Assembly: GCA_016187415.1 (NCBI GenBank)
Contig: JACPJT010000007.1
Location: 68,821-132,820 of the forward strand
Length of the DNA: 64,000 nt
Direction: 5' to 3'
Origin: Candidatus Aenigmatarchaeota archaeon
GTDB taxonomy: Archaea; Aenigmatarchaeota; Aenigmatarchaeia; CG10238-14; SCSR01
In this document: in pieces, positions 38,456 through 47,965 of the stretch
How positions within the stretch are numbered: the first letter of the stretch is position 1
Layout: each line of letters opens with the position of its first letter
Made by a program: the position numbers and the translations under genes
The notes under the pieces: model-generated
Told to the model about the DNA's origin: nothing
What the model saw: the letters and a program-made list of their open reading frames with translations, nothing else
Databases searched by the model: none

Positions 38456-39142
38456 ATGTCACGCTTTGCAATAATACCTGCCTACAATGAAGAGAAAAAT
38501 ATAGGACAGGTATTGAAAGAAGTGAAAAAACTCGGCGTAACACCCATTGTTGTGGACGACGGTTCAACCGACGATACGTTTGGCATATCCAAGAAGAACG
38601 GTGCTATTACAATAAGGCATGAGAGGAACAAAGGCAAAGGCGAGTCGATAAAATCCGGCATAGATTATCTCCTCAAACATCATCCCGATTTCACATGCGT
38701 CGTGTTGATGGATGCGGACATGCAATACCATCCGAAAGAAGCCATGGCCATCTTCAACGCTTTGGAAAAGAACAAATCCGATTTTGTGATGGGACATAGG
38801 AATTGGGAAGAAGTCCCTCTAAGGCACCAGCTTGGAAATTTCGTATGGAGAAATGCATTCAATATACTTTTTGGCACCAGTTTGAAAGACACCAACTGCG
38901 GCCTCATAGGAATCAGCAGGAATGCTATAGAAAAAATCAAGGGGTATATTATCGGCGGTTACGTGGTGGACAATTCAATTCTGATCGGGGTTATAAAAAA
39001 CAAACTTAAAATCGATCAGGTGCCGGTAAAAGTTGTCTATCATAGAAAAAGCGGAGTCACACGCGGTATAACGATAGTGGCTGGCGTGTTGATATATATT
39101 GTGAAGGAAGGATTGAAATACAGGTTAGGTCGGAAAAGATGA
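38456..39142 (+). CDS. Family 2 glycosyltransferase (dolichyl-phosphate sugar transferase-like)
   Basis: VVDDGSTDDT and DAD motifs. Confidence 0.75.
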   Translation: MSRFAIIPAYNEEKNIGQVLKEVKKLGVTPIVVDDGSTDDTFGISKKNGAITIRHERNKGKGESIKSGIDYLLKHHPDFTCVVLMDADMQYHPKEAMAIFNALEKNKSDFVMGHRNWEEVPLRHQLGNFVWRNAFNILFGTSLKDTNCGLIGISRNAIEKIKGYIIGGYVVDNSILIGVIKNKLKIDQVPVKVVYHRKSGVTRGITIVAGVLIYIVKEGLKYRLGRKR

Positions 39143-39549
39143 CATGGAAGGGTTGTATAATAGAAGAGAGTCTAACCGACAGCAGTCTACTATTTGGAAT
39201 AAAAGTTATAAGAACCGTGATTGAAGAGAACGCAGAAGGTAAAGAAACGATAGTTTGGAATATACATACGGTAGAAGTCTATAACAAAGAAATCGATAAA
39301 GTTGCCGAAAAACTAGAGAGAAACTTAAAACTCGGGTGGTACGCACATTTTACTGATGGACACGATTTACTCATAATTTTTGCAAATAAATCATTTACCA
39401 TTGGATTAGAAAAAGTCGGCGAAGAGAAAGAAACCGGAATTACCAATTTTAAAGCAAACTCTAAAGGTAAAGGAGTTTGGAAGTCGGCTTTTGAATATGG
39501 CACAGAAATAGCGAAAGTCGATCCTAAATACATGCTTAAAGTTGAATAA
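39139..39549 (+). CDS. Hypothetical protein (136 aa)
   Basis: ATGA overlap with the GT2 gene. No motifs. Confidence 0.3.
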   Translation: MTWKGCIIEESLTDSSLLFGIKVIRTVIEENAEGKETIVWNIHTVEVYNKEIDKVAEKLERNLKLGWYAHFTDGHDLLIIFANKSFTIGLEKVGEEKETGITNFKANSKGKGVWKSAFEYGTEIAKVDPKYMLKVE

Positions 39550-39638
39550 AATTATAGCCGATTTTTTACAGATCTTTAATGTGGGAAATTACCCCCTACC
39601 AAAGTCTGATTATTCCAAAGATTTATATAAAATAAAGG

Positions 39639-40598
39639 TTGATTAGAATGATATGGGGGTATAACTCAGTCCGGGAGAAGAGGCTACCCGATAGTAACCG
39701 CCTGAAGCGCGGTGAGTTATCTGAAATAGCCCGCAATGTCGAGAGTTCAAATCTCTCTACCCCCACTACACCTCTGAATAATAACGATGTTCTCTTTAGT
39801 CGGGAAGATACCATTAGAGGTATTTGTGTGCCATCTGACTTGACACCTCTTTTAGCTGAAGATGTAGGAATTCAGGTTGGGGATGGATCCATGCCTTTAT
39901 GGCGGAATAAACATGGAACTCTGATACATAGAATCGGCGTCTTCGGTAATATCAAGGAAGATAAGGAGTATTTTAGAAATATCGTAATTCCAACCAAAAA
40001 CAAGCTGTTCAATCTGAAATTAAATTTATATTATCACAAAAGTGCCGGTACATGCTACATAAAATTCGAATCTAAAGCAGTCATGACATTTTATTTTACT
40101 TCGATTGGTTTACAATGGGGTAAAAAAGTCGAGACGTATATACCAGACATTATCTTCAATAGCACAAAAGAAATTAAATCAGCTTTTATGCGGGGTCTTG
40201 CAGATACGGACTTTTGTTTATCTTTCAAAAAGAATTTTAAAGGAAAGTACAGTGATCCTTATATACAGCTAGGATGCAGTAGCAATATACTTGTTCGTCA
40301 ATGTAGCAAAATTCTGAAGTCTTTAGGAATAACTTCGACGAAGATTTTGGACTCTAAGGAGTATGATAAGCGAACTGATAAATTTTACATTAAGAATTAT
40401 CTATTTATACATGGTAAGAAAAACCTGAAGAAATGGATGGAATCTATAGGTTTTCATAATCCCGTACATTTTACTAAATACGACATTTGGAAAAAGTTTG
40501 GATTTTGTCCTCCTCGAACCAAGTTGCAGCAAAGAATTGATACACTAGAAGGTAATGCAGATATCAGTAACCTTTGCAACAATTCTTCAACCTTTTAA
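39639..40598 (+). CDS. LAGLIDADG homing endonuclease (double-motif)
   Basis: Motifs GIQVGDGSM and FMRGLADTDFCLSF. The annotated N-terminus is read through the tRNA-like gene, so the true start is probably near 39830 (GTG/TTG). Confidence 0.55.
   Translation: MIRMIWGYNSVREKRLPDSNRLKRGELSEIARNVESSNLSTPTTPLNNNDVLFSREDTIRGICVPSDLTPLLAEDVGIQVGDGSMPLWRNKHGTLIHRIGVFGNIKEDKEYFRNIVIPTKNKLFNLKLNLYYHKSAGTCYIKFESKAVMTFYFTSIGLQWGKKVETYIPDIIFNSTKEIKSAFMRGLADTDFCLSFKKNFKGKYSDPYIQLGCSSNILVRQCSKILKSLGITSTKILDSKEYDKRTDKFYIKNYLFIHGKKNLKKWMESIGFHNPVHFTKYDIWKKFGFCPPRTKLQQRIDTLEGNADISNLCNNSSTF
39654..39768 (+). tRNA. tRNA-like gene, probable tRNA-Phe (GAA), with two extra insertions (candidate non-canonical introns)
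   Basis: Acceptor GGGGGTA/TACCCCC + A73. T-arm GAGAG-TTCAAAT-CTCTC. Perfect anticodon arm ACCGC-CTGAAGC-GCGGT. About 17 nt of extra sequence lies between the D-arm and anticodon arm, and about 22 nt between the anticodon arm and T-arm. Confidence 0.4.
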
Positions 40599-41193
40599 AA
40601 GTCACATAACCATACTTGTTAGTATGTCGGCTGAAAAGATTTGGGAAGGCGATATTGTAGAAGAGCGTGTAGTAATCTGGGATAAGGATAATGCAATTCT
40701 TTATGACGAAGCTGGCTATGGCAAACCTTTGCCAGAAGAAGAACCGAACAGACTGGAAATGGATTTGGTTGAAGCAGTCTATCTTGTGGAAAAAGGCAAG
40801 TTAAAGATTACTAGAAAGGAAGACGGCAAGAGCAAGAAACTATCCTTCGAAGACTTGATGAAAATAGGTAGCGAAAAGGTGCATGAATTCCACCCACAAT
40901 ACATCGTTTACCGTGATCTGCGCGAAAGGGGATATCTGGTTAAAACAGGTTACAAGTTCGGCTGTCATTTCCGCGTTTATGAAAGGGGAGTTAAACTGAA
41001 AAGGGGTCCCAAAGCTGCCCATGAGCATACTAAATTCGTAGTCCATGCCGTTGCAGAAGAATCCGCATTTTCCTTGCCGGAGATGTCTCGTGCAGTAAGG
41101 TTAGCACATAACATAAGAGCCACGATGGTGTGGGCTGTGGTAGATCGCGAGTCGGACGTAACCTTTTATACTATACAAAGAATAACTCCTTAG
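40555..41193 (+). CDS. endA: tRNA-splicing endonuclease EndA
   Basis: Catalytic C-terminal domain (YLVKTGYKFGCHFRVYE...HEHTKFVVHAV). Probable start is M at 40624. Confidence 0.75.
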   Translation: MQISVTFATILQPFKSHITILVSMSAEKIWEGDIVEERVVIWDKDNAILYDEAGYGKPLPEEEPNRLEMDLVEAVYLVEKGKLKITRKEDGKSKKLSFEDLMKIGSEKVHEFHPQYIVYRDLRERGYLVKTGYKFGCHFRVYERGVKLKRGPKAAHEHTKFVVHAVAEESAFSLPEMSRAVRLAHNIRATMVWAVVDRESDVTFYTIQRITP

Positions 41194-41204
41194 GATATGA
41201 TTGA

Positions 41205-41399
41205 ATGGGTCGAATAAAAACGTCACAAGTCAAGAATGCAGGAGTGGAAATTTTCGATAAATACAGGGATAAGTTCTCTGGTGATTTTTCTAAGAACAAG
41301 CAATTTCTTAGGGACAATTATACAGTAAGTTCAAAGAAGTTACTGAATGTCATTACGGGTTATATAACAAAACTCAAAAAACAGTCTGAACGCATCTGA
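41205..41399 (+). CDS. rps17e: 30S ribosomal protein S17e
   Basis: Carries MGRIKTSQVKNAGVEIFDKY.... Confidence 0.85.
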   Translation: MGRIKTSQVKNAGVEIFDKYRDKFSGDFSKNKQFLRDNYTVSSKKLLNVITGYITKLKKQSERI

Positions 41400-41434
41400 T
41401 TTTTATTGTTTATTCTCCAAATAACAAGTAGAGT

Positions 41435-42571
41435 ATGTCACAAAAAGGCGAGCAGAAAATCTGGGACGAATTCGTTTGGATAATTGCCGCAGGCGTCCTT
41501 TTTATCTTGATACTAACGATGGTATTCACATCCTCATCATCCTCCCCCATAATCGACCAGAAGGCTTTATCGCTAACTCTTGCCAGAGGAGATTCCTACA
41601 CATTCAATGTTAATATAAAAAGTAGCGATGGAGGAAAGATTTCTAATGTGTCAATAACTAGTGTTGGTGAATTAAGTAACTGGTTAAGTTTCGATAAGAC
41701 GAATTTCGATGTTGACAATTCTACTGCACTTAAAGTGAAAATCCAAGTGCCTACAACAGCATCTTTGAGAACTTATGCTGGAATTATCACAGTCAAAAGT
41801 GCCGGCGGGAGTTCATCGTTTTCATTATCAGTAAATGTCGCCAATGTTTCCTCAATACAGTTAACTTCAAGACCAATTTCATTAGGCGATGTGGAAGTGA
41901 GATATTCAAAGGGGTCCGAAACGCTGTTTTCCAAGGAGAACATTCAGGTCGTGAGCGGTACTTTTTCATATTCTTCTGAATCATTTTCTATTGCATTTCC
42001 CCCAGAAAAGGTTTCCATTACAAACACAGCGCACTTGGACCTTTATGTCGTAGATACAAACAAGATGGGAAATCTTGTAGTCGAAGTGAACGGTCAGGAA
42101 GTATACAATAAGAAAACCGATGTGGGCAAGGTAGTTGTTCCTTTGGACAAATCGCTCCTAAACACCACAAACGTTGTAACAATCAGAACAACTGGAACTT
42201 CGATATTCCAGTTCTGGACAAATGCTTTCTACAAGATTGAAAAGGCGGATTTCGTCATAGATTATAAGGACACTTCCCAAAGGGAGAGAACGTTCCAATT
42301 GAGCCAGAACGAAGTCTTAGGGTTCCGTTATTTCCAGCTTCAGTCCCTTGTAAAAGAATATTCATCACCGTTGCAGGAAATGTTTATAAAAATTAATAAT
42401 CAGGTTGTCTATACCGACAGGCCACCACTGGCTGCCATAAACCAAACATTGGGTAAAGACATATTTGGAAACAATATAGCAGTCGGTACGAACAACACCA
42501 TTTCGTTCTCATTTGAAAAGGATTCTTTCATAAAACTGGGGGATGTAATCCTGGTTGTCTATTCTAGCTAG
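41435..42571 (+). CDS. Membrane-anchored extracellular protein (N-terminal TM, Ser-rich linker, beta-rich domains)
   Basis: 378 aa. Signal anchor followed by SSSSSP. Confidence 0.35.
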   Translation: MSQKGEQKIWDEFVWIIAAGVLFILILTMVFTSSSSSPIIDQKALSLTLARGDSYTFNVNIKSSDGGKISNVSITSVGELSNWLSFDKTNFDVDNSTALKVKIQVPTTASLRTYAGIITVKSAGGSSSFSLSVNVANVSSIQLTSRPISLGDVEVRYSKGSETLFSKENIQVVSGTFSYSSESFSIAFPPEKVSITNTAHLDLYVVDTNKMGNLVVEVNGQEVYNKKTDVGKVVVPLDKSLLNTTNVVTIRTTGTSIFQFWTNAFYKIEKADFVIDYKDTSQRERTFQLSQNEVLGFRYFQLQSLVKEYSSPLQEMFIKINNQVVYTDRPPLAAINQTLGKDIFGNNIAVGTNNTISFSFEKDSFIKLGDVILVVYSS

Positions 42572-43343
42572 CCAATCCCAACAGGAAAAAGTCCCTAATT
42601 GCAGGCGCAAAGCCTATTATCGCTATAATAAGTTTGAGAAAATTGTTGAAGTTCTTGTCTTCTGAATAACGGTCGATCAAAAGCAAGACACCAACTACCA
42701 CGATGACTTTAATTATAATAAATGACACGGGGCTAAATGCCCCAATCAAAAGTCTGGGAACAACGTGCAATTCCTTGAACCCGAAAAATTGTATTGCTGT
42801 AAATGTGGCAGTTGCATCGAATATGTGCGACATTGCGACGAGTTTGTTTCCGAGCTTCCATTTTACAAGGTACAGTATTACAGCAAATGGTATCATCAAT
42901 CCCAAGGCAATTCCCATTCCCTTAAGCTGCTTTATTTGGCTCAAGACAAGAGTCATTGGAATTATAATCAGCAATATCCCGGCAAGCGTCAGCGTTTTGT
43001 AGTAGGGTATTTTGAATCTTTTCTCCACGAGTCTTGAAACCAGGAAAAGGGCGAATACAAGAGCAAACACTTCTATCCATATCAGGGGCGTGACTAGGAA
43101 ATACGAAACAACTATGCCGTATTCCTCCAATAATCTTACCATCGTTCCGAACACGACAAGTGTAACTATCGATACAACAAAGTTCCTGTCTATCTTGATT
43201 TTGGATTTTTCTATGAACTTGAACGACAGATATGCTGCTATGACAACAATGAACGCATAGGTCAGCGTGTTGACGAAATTATAGCCTTGGTTGAGGAATA
43301 TAGGCTGGATATAGTATTGGTATATGAAATCGGCAAAGCTCAT
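42564..43343 (-). CDS. Polytopic membrane protein (about 8 TM; DUF63-like?)
   Basis: 259 aa, hydrophobic. Confidence 0.3.
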   Translation of the reverse strand: MSFADFIYQYYIQPIFLNQGYNFVNTLTYAFIVVIAAYLSFKFIEKSKIKIDRNFVVSIVTLVVFGTMVRLLEEYGIVVSYFLVTPLIWIEVFALVFALFLVSRLVEKRFKIPYYKTLTLAGILLIIIPMTLVLSQIKQLKGMGIALGLMIPFAVILYLVKWKLGNKLVAMSHIFDATATFTAIQFFGFKELHVVPRLLIGAFSPVSFIIIKVIVVVGVLLLIDRYSEDKNFNNFLKLIIAIIGFAPAIRDFFLLGLAS

Positions 43344-43375
43344 AGAAATAATAGCTTTAGCAACGAATTTATATT

Positions 43376-44308
43376 ATGAGGAATCTTCTACTATTCTCCC
43401 TGCCGATTTTGATAGTGTTTATCTCTGGCTGCAGCCAGCAGGCGGGGCAAATACAGTACAAAAACGATGCAATAACAATCGAGAATTTCATAATCGATAA
43501 CCGGGCGCCTTACGCTGGCACTTATACGTCTATGGAATTCGATGTTCAGAACAATGCCGATGTTACCGTGAAGAAAGTGATTGTAAACTTTTTTGATTTG
43601 CCTGGATTTACTGTTGCCAACTTGGATTGTGGTCTGCCTACATATCGTGTCAACAAAGACAATGCATACATTTGTCAGTTCGATAAAATCGACCAATTGG
43701 ACAGCAGGCACATTGCAATAAAACTGAAATCAACACAAGTCAAGTCACCAACGCCCTTCACAGCCAGCATATTGGTCAACTATGACCACAACGGAAATAG
43801 GGAAGCTATAATACCAGTTATAGACTCTGCGATTAAAAGGGAGCCGTCATTCAAATTCTCGCAAAGCACGCCGAATTACGGCCCTGTAGTCTTCGATATA
43901 CAGCCCTTGATTGAAAGGGAAGTGAAAGTTGGCAATCAGGTTGTAAAGCAGTATTGGGGTGTAAATGGAAACGAGTTTGTAACAAAATTTGTAATGAATG
44001 AAATCGGCACAGTGAATGACAAGCCGCCATTGAATGTGCCCGGAAAAAATGTGATTTTTTCAACAGTAAATTTGGAGCCGACAAATTGCCCAAGCTTCGA
44101 TACGAACCCCGCAGACACACCATCAGTTCAGGGGAAATACACAGGCACATCCAAGTTCCCAGTCAATAAGACATTCAATACACTGGTCTGCACATTCAAG
44201 CCGACAAGCGCACAAACCGAATTTACAAGCATCTTAAGCGTAAAGTATAGCTACACTTACCAATTCATAAGGAGGGAAAATTTTGTCATACAGCCGCCAT
44301 TGTCGTGA
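43376..44308 (+). CDS. Secreted lipobox protein, tandem paralog 1 (signal ...IVFISGC|SQQ)
   Basis: Lipobox-like Cys follows an h-region. Two beta-rich modules. Confidence 0.45.
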   Translation: MRNLLLFSLPILIVFISGCSQQAGQIQYKNDAITIENFIIDNRAPYAGTYTSMEFDVQNNADVTVKKVIVNFFDLPGFTVANLDCGLPTYRVNKDNAYICQFDKIDQLDSRHIAIKLKSTQVKSPTPFTASILVNYDHNGNREAIIPVIDSAIKREPSFKFSQSTPNYGPVVFDIQPLIEREVKVGNQVVKQYWGVNGNEFVTKFVMNEIGTVNDKPPLNVPGKNVIFSTVNLEPTNCPSFDTNPADTPSVQGKYTGTSKFPVNKTFNTLVCTFKPTSAQTEFTSILSVKYSYTYQFIRRENFVIQPPLS

Positions 44309-45191
44309 AATCCTAATTTTCGGTTCATTAGCTGCAATAATCTTCCTCGCTGGTTGTGTACAGCAACAGACATATACCGCCAACGACGGTTTGACAATTC
44401 AAAAATTCGCACCACAGCTCAATAGAATAGGCGGCAATTCGGACCTGATAATAATCATGCTGATAGAAAACACAGGCGAAAGCAATGCAGAGAAAGTTAA
44501 TGGTGAATTGATAGGTTTAGATGATTGGAAAATTACCGAGGTCAGGACGAAAACAGTCCCAAACATACAAGGAGCCGATCCAGCCCACCAGCTTAAGGGG
44601 GGCCAGGACGTAATCGCATGGAAATTGACATCACCCAAAAATCCATTCGAACAAAAATATGACTTTACAGGAAGATTGTATTTTGAATATAAAACATCGG
44701 TATCCGTTCTGTATAAAGTGTTGAGTAGCAACTATTATCAGACATTGTCAGACGAACAAAAATCAAAAGAGAATCCAGGCATATCCAGCATATCGGTTTC
44801 GTCCGGTCCCATAAGCGTTTCTGTTAAAACACAAGAAACGTTTGCAAACGGCGGCAAGATACCTATCGAGTTTGATATAACTAATGTTGGAAGCGGGGAG
44901 GCATTTACATTGGTAAGTTTACCAGATAGATATAAACCTACTCGTGAAACTTCCGATCAAATAACCAACATACGAGTTTCTGGAGTTACAAATTGTGGTG
45001 ACGATGTTGTAAATCCATTTGGGGTTCTTACAACAGTTAGACTATCAAATGGAAAACAGGGTAAGATTGTCTGCTATGTTGACACAGCTGGTATAGAAAC
45101 AAGTAAGGTATTGCCTATAGATATGGTTTTGGATTACAGTTATGCGGTGGAAAAAACATCTTCCATAACAGTCTCCAGGAGCCTGGGATAG
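44283..45191 (+). CDS. Secreted lipobox protein, tandem paralog 2 (...IFLAGC|VQQ)
   Basis: Shares the LAGC.QQ motif and the NTGE..A...YYQTLS pattern with paralog 3. Confidence 0.45.
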   Translation: MSYSRHCREILIFGSLAAIIFLAGCVQQQTYTANDGLTIQKFAPQLNRIGGNSDLIIIMLIENTGESNAEKVNGELIGLDDWKITEVRTKTVPNIQGADPAHQLKGGQDVIAWKLTSPKNPFEQKYDFTGRLYFEYKTSVSVLYKVLSSNYYQTLSDEQKSKENPGISSISVSSGPISVSVKTQETFANGGKIPIEFDITNVGSGEAFTLVSLPDRYKPTRETSDQITNIRVSGVTNCGDDVVNPFGVLTTVRLSNGKQGKIVCYVDTAGIETSKVLPIDMVLDYSYAVEKTSSITVSRSLG

Positions 45192-45242
45192 CCCGCGCGA
45201 TAACCAATTTATATATTCTCTACCAATTAATTAAAGAGAAAA

Positions 45243-46553
45243 ATGAAACTTAGGAAAGAAATTATACTCCTTTCGGTAATTTCCATTGTATTTCTAGCAG
45301 GTTGCACAGGTTCTTCAACGGCTGGTGGCAGTGCAGGCGTCATAGTAAAGGAATTTTCTGCATCACCACAGTCCGTAGAAAGCGGTACACCGATTACATT
45401 GACATTAACACTTAAGAACACCGGTGAAAATGATGCTACAGGTCTCGCCGCGACATTGTCAGGATTACCAACTGATTTTAGCGCATCGGCGCAAGGATCG
45501 TCAACTGGCATTAATTTATTCGGTGCAAATCCACAATTAGGCACATCGGAAGGACAGGATCAAAATATAATATGGTTAATCACAACGAAAGCCAGAAGTA
45601 CGACAAACACTTATAATGTCGGTTCCAGAATCACATACACATATGCGTCACAGGCCGAAGCTACAATAAGAGTGGTAAATGTAAATTATTATAGGACACT
45701 TTCTTCCTCAAACCAACAGTCGTTGCAACGTGGTGTGATAGCTCAACAGTCACAGAAAGGTCCACTTTCGGTCACATTTACAAGTCCGGCTCCATTAATA
45801 TCTGGTAGTCCAACCATTCCAGTTCAGATAGAAGTACAAAATATAGGGGGTGGTAGGGCCTATACAGGTTCGGATTCTACATCTTTGACTGGCTTGGATA
45901 GAGTAACAGTTTCACTTACATCATCATCTTCAAGCCTAACAAACTGTAATACCCAGATAGTCCTTATAGGCGGTAAGGGCAGGTTGACATGTTATTTGTC
46001 AGTAACAACTAATGATGTTTCCCAATATCCGATAGGAATACAGTTATCTTACAACTATCTTTTGGATGTCTCGACCAGTTTTACATTGATAAAAGCATTT
46101 AGTCCTCCTAGTAGCACGAGTGGTGCATCCGCATCTACACCACCCACGACTACACAATCGTATTGCGATAGTCCACAGCCAGCGACAGTGACTTCAGGTA
46201 CATCAGTAGTGACCCGTCAATTGTCTGCCAATAAACCAACAGAATGTATAAATTTGGCAGTGCAACCGTCTGCTGTTACACCAAGTAAAATACGTATAAC
46301 TCTGGGTGGTATAGGTTGGGACCGGGGATTCCCACAAGATCAGAAATATACACTGAAAAGGGACACTTGTTCCGGTTCTGTTGTCTGTTCGATATCTGCG
46401 TCTCTTGATATAAACGGTAATTCTATTGGAGTAACCACGGATTGTACCGATGCACCTGTCGCAGCAAATTATTGCATTGTTGCAGAAACGGCAAGATGGT
46501 ACAACAGTGGTCAGGCAACATTCACGAGAACAATTGATGTGAGTCTTGTCTAG
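45243..46553 (+). CDS. Secreted lipobox protein, tandem paralog 3 (...VFLAGC|TGSS), Thr/Ser-rich C-terminal extension
   Basis: Carries LTLKNTGENDATG and YYRTLSS. The C-terminus is rich in S/T and Cys. Confidence 0.45.
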   Translation: MKLRKEIILLSVISIVFLAGCTGSSTAGGSAGVIVKEFSASPQSVESGTPITLTLTLKNTGENDATGLAATLSGLPTDFSASAQGSSTGINLFGANPQLGTSEGQDQNIIWLITTKARSTTNTYNVGSRITYTYASQAEATIRVVNVNYYRTLSSSNQQSLQRGVIAQQSQKGPLSVTFTSPAPLISGSPTIPVQIEVQNIGGGRAYTGSDSTSLTGLDRVTVSLTSSSSSLTNCNTQIVLIGGKGRLTCYLSVTTNDVSQYPIGIQLSYNYLLDVSTSFTLIKAFSPPSSTSGASASTPPTTTQSYCDSPQPATVTSGTSVVTRQLSANKPTECINLAVQPSAVTPSKIRITLGGIGWDRGFPQDQKYTLKRDTCSGSVVCSISASLDINGNSIGVTTDCTDAPVAANYCIVAETARWYNSGQATFTRTIDVSLV

Positions 46554-46590
46554 AAAATTTTTAAACCGCGAAATATGATACATTTGATAG

Positions 46591-46673
46591 TGGGTCTGCC
46601 CGGATTCGAACCGGGATTTCCTCCACGTGAAAGAGGTTTCAGTTTTCCAGTCCTGCCATTAGACTACAGACCC
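46591..46673 (-). tRNA. tRNA, possibly Val (CAC), with about 12-nt insertion between the D-arm and anticodon stem
   Basis: Reverse complement gives acceptor GGGTCTG/CAGACCC + A73, D-arm GTCT..GGAC, anticodon arm CCTCT-TTCACGT-GGAGG, and T-arm CCCGG-TTCGAAT-CCGGG. The extra TGGAAAACTGAA can pair with the anticodon loop. Confidence 0.45.
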
Positions 46674-46693
46674 GTGATATTCTACACTTGTGA

Positions 46694-47959
46694 TCAAAGC
46701 TTATTAAAATCTGCCAAACTCTTCTGGTCAACATAGCTATTCGACTTCCTGAAATCGTCATTCAGAATAGGCTTTCCATACACACCGTCATAGCCGGCTT
46801 CGAATCCTATTTTGCTCGACCTGATTTTTAAAATCGCATCAGCTATTTTCTCACTGGTGACTTTGACAAGTTCTTCCCTGCTAACATTCAACAGGACATT
46901 AAATTCGCTGCCGAACCTGTCTATAAGCCTGTTCTGCTCCTCGATAACTTTCTTCGAATAGAGCTGGTTCTGTCCAGTCACGAATGAGATTATTTCATAC
47001 AACGGCAACAGTGATTTGAAAGGTATGGCATTCTCCGGCACATAGCCTTCTTCCCTATCGGCCAATTGTTCCAGCCTCTGCAGCACGCCCACAGTAAGCT
47101 TCCTTTTGCACCTCGGGCATATGTTGTTCAATTTTATCGCATCTTTCGGGTGAAGGTTCACGTTACAGTCCCTGTGCCCGGTGAAATGGTATTTCCCATA
47201 ATTCGGGTCGACCTCGATTGTAAACAAGAACCTCTTGCCATCTTTCTTTTTTATTGTGTCGTTAATTTCACCGAATGCCAGTTTTTCGAATTCGAATGCA
47301 TTCGCTTCCCTTCCAAGCCTCCATGGGTTCGCAGAATGCGCATCGCTGTTGGAAAGCAGCATTATGTTGTCGAGCTTGGACCACATCCAGTTCATTGCAG
47401 GATTACTACTAAGTCCTGTTTCTAATGCGTATATATTTTTTACTTGGTCCTGATAGCATTCCTCCAGAGAGTTATAGCCGCCTATAGAACCGAAGACGGA
47501 TCTCCACGGCGTCCAAGCATGATTTGGGTATATCAGAATGTCCTTGCTTATTTCCATCAGAATCTCAACAACTTCTGCAGGTGATACTGTCAACATTGGT
47601 CTTCCATCAGATTTCAAGTCTCCAAACTTTCCTAACAGTTCATTTATCTGGTCCACTATTTCAAATGACGGTGCGTGAATATTGTGATGCACGTGCCTGG
47701 TCTTGCCGCCAAACTTGTCGATCGTGGCGATTTCGGATGTCAAAATGAAATTAATACCGTTGAATTCGAATATGCCGTCCTTTTCTGACATCAACTTTGA
47801 TTTCATTTCCTTGAGCCAGATAGGGTGCGTAAAGTCCGGCGCGGACAAAATATCAAGCCCTTTTATCTTGGCGCCTTCGGCCAGAGTTTCCAAGCTAAGG
47901 TTTTTGCTTGTGGCTCTGGAATACTTGGAGTGCAGATGAAAGTCGGCTATGTATTGCAT
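46694..47959 (-). CDS. PHP-domain protein with Zn finger, endonuclease Q-like
   Basis: N-terminal FHLHSKYSRA metal-binding PHP motif. HxH/Cys cluster (YHFTGHRDC...CPRCKRK). About 420 aa, similar in size to archaeal EndoQ. Confidence 0.4.
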   Translation of the reverse strand: MQYIADFHLHSKYSRATSKNLSLETLAEGAKIKGLDILSAPDFTHPIWLKEMKSKLMSEKDGIFEFNGINFILTSEIATIDKFGGKTRHVHHNIHAPSFEIVDQINELLGKFGDLKSDGRPMLTVSPAEVVEILMEISKDILIYPNHAWTPWRSVFGSIGGYNSLEECYQDQVKNIYALETGLSSNPAMNWMWSKLDNIMLLSNSDAHSANPWRLGREANAFEFEKLAFGEINDTIKKKDGKRFLFTIEVDPNYGKYHFTGHRDCNVNLHPKDAIKLNNICPRCKRKLTVGVLQRLEQLADREEGYVPENAIPFKSLLPLYEIISFVTGQNQLYSKKVIEEQNRLIDRFGSEFNVLLNVSREELVKVTSEKIADAILKIRSSKIGFEAGYDGVYGKPILNDDFRKSNSYVDQKSLADFNKL

Positions 47960-47965
47960 TGTATT

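Noticed and set aside
39639-39830. First approximately 60 codons of the LAGLIDADG ORF
   Set aside because: This segment coincides with a tRNA-like gene (acceptor, anticodon and T-arms recognisable). It is very probably RNA-coding, not protein-coding.
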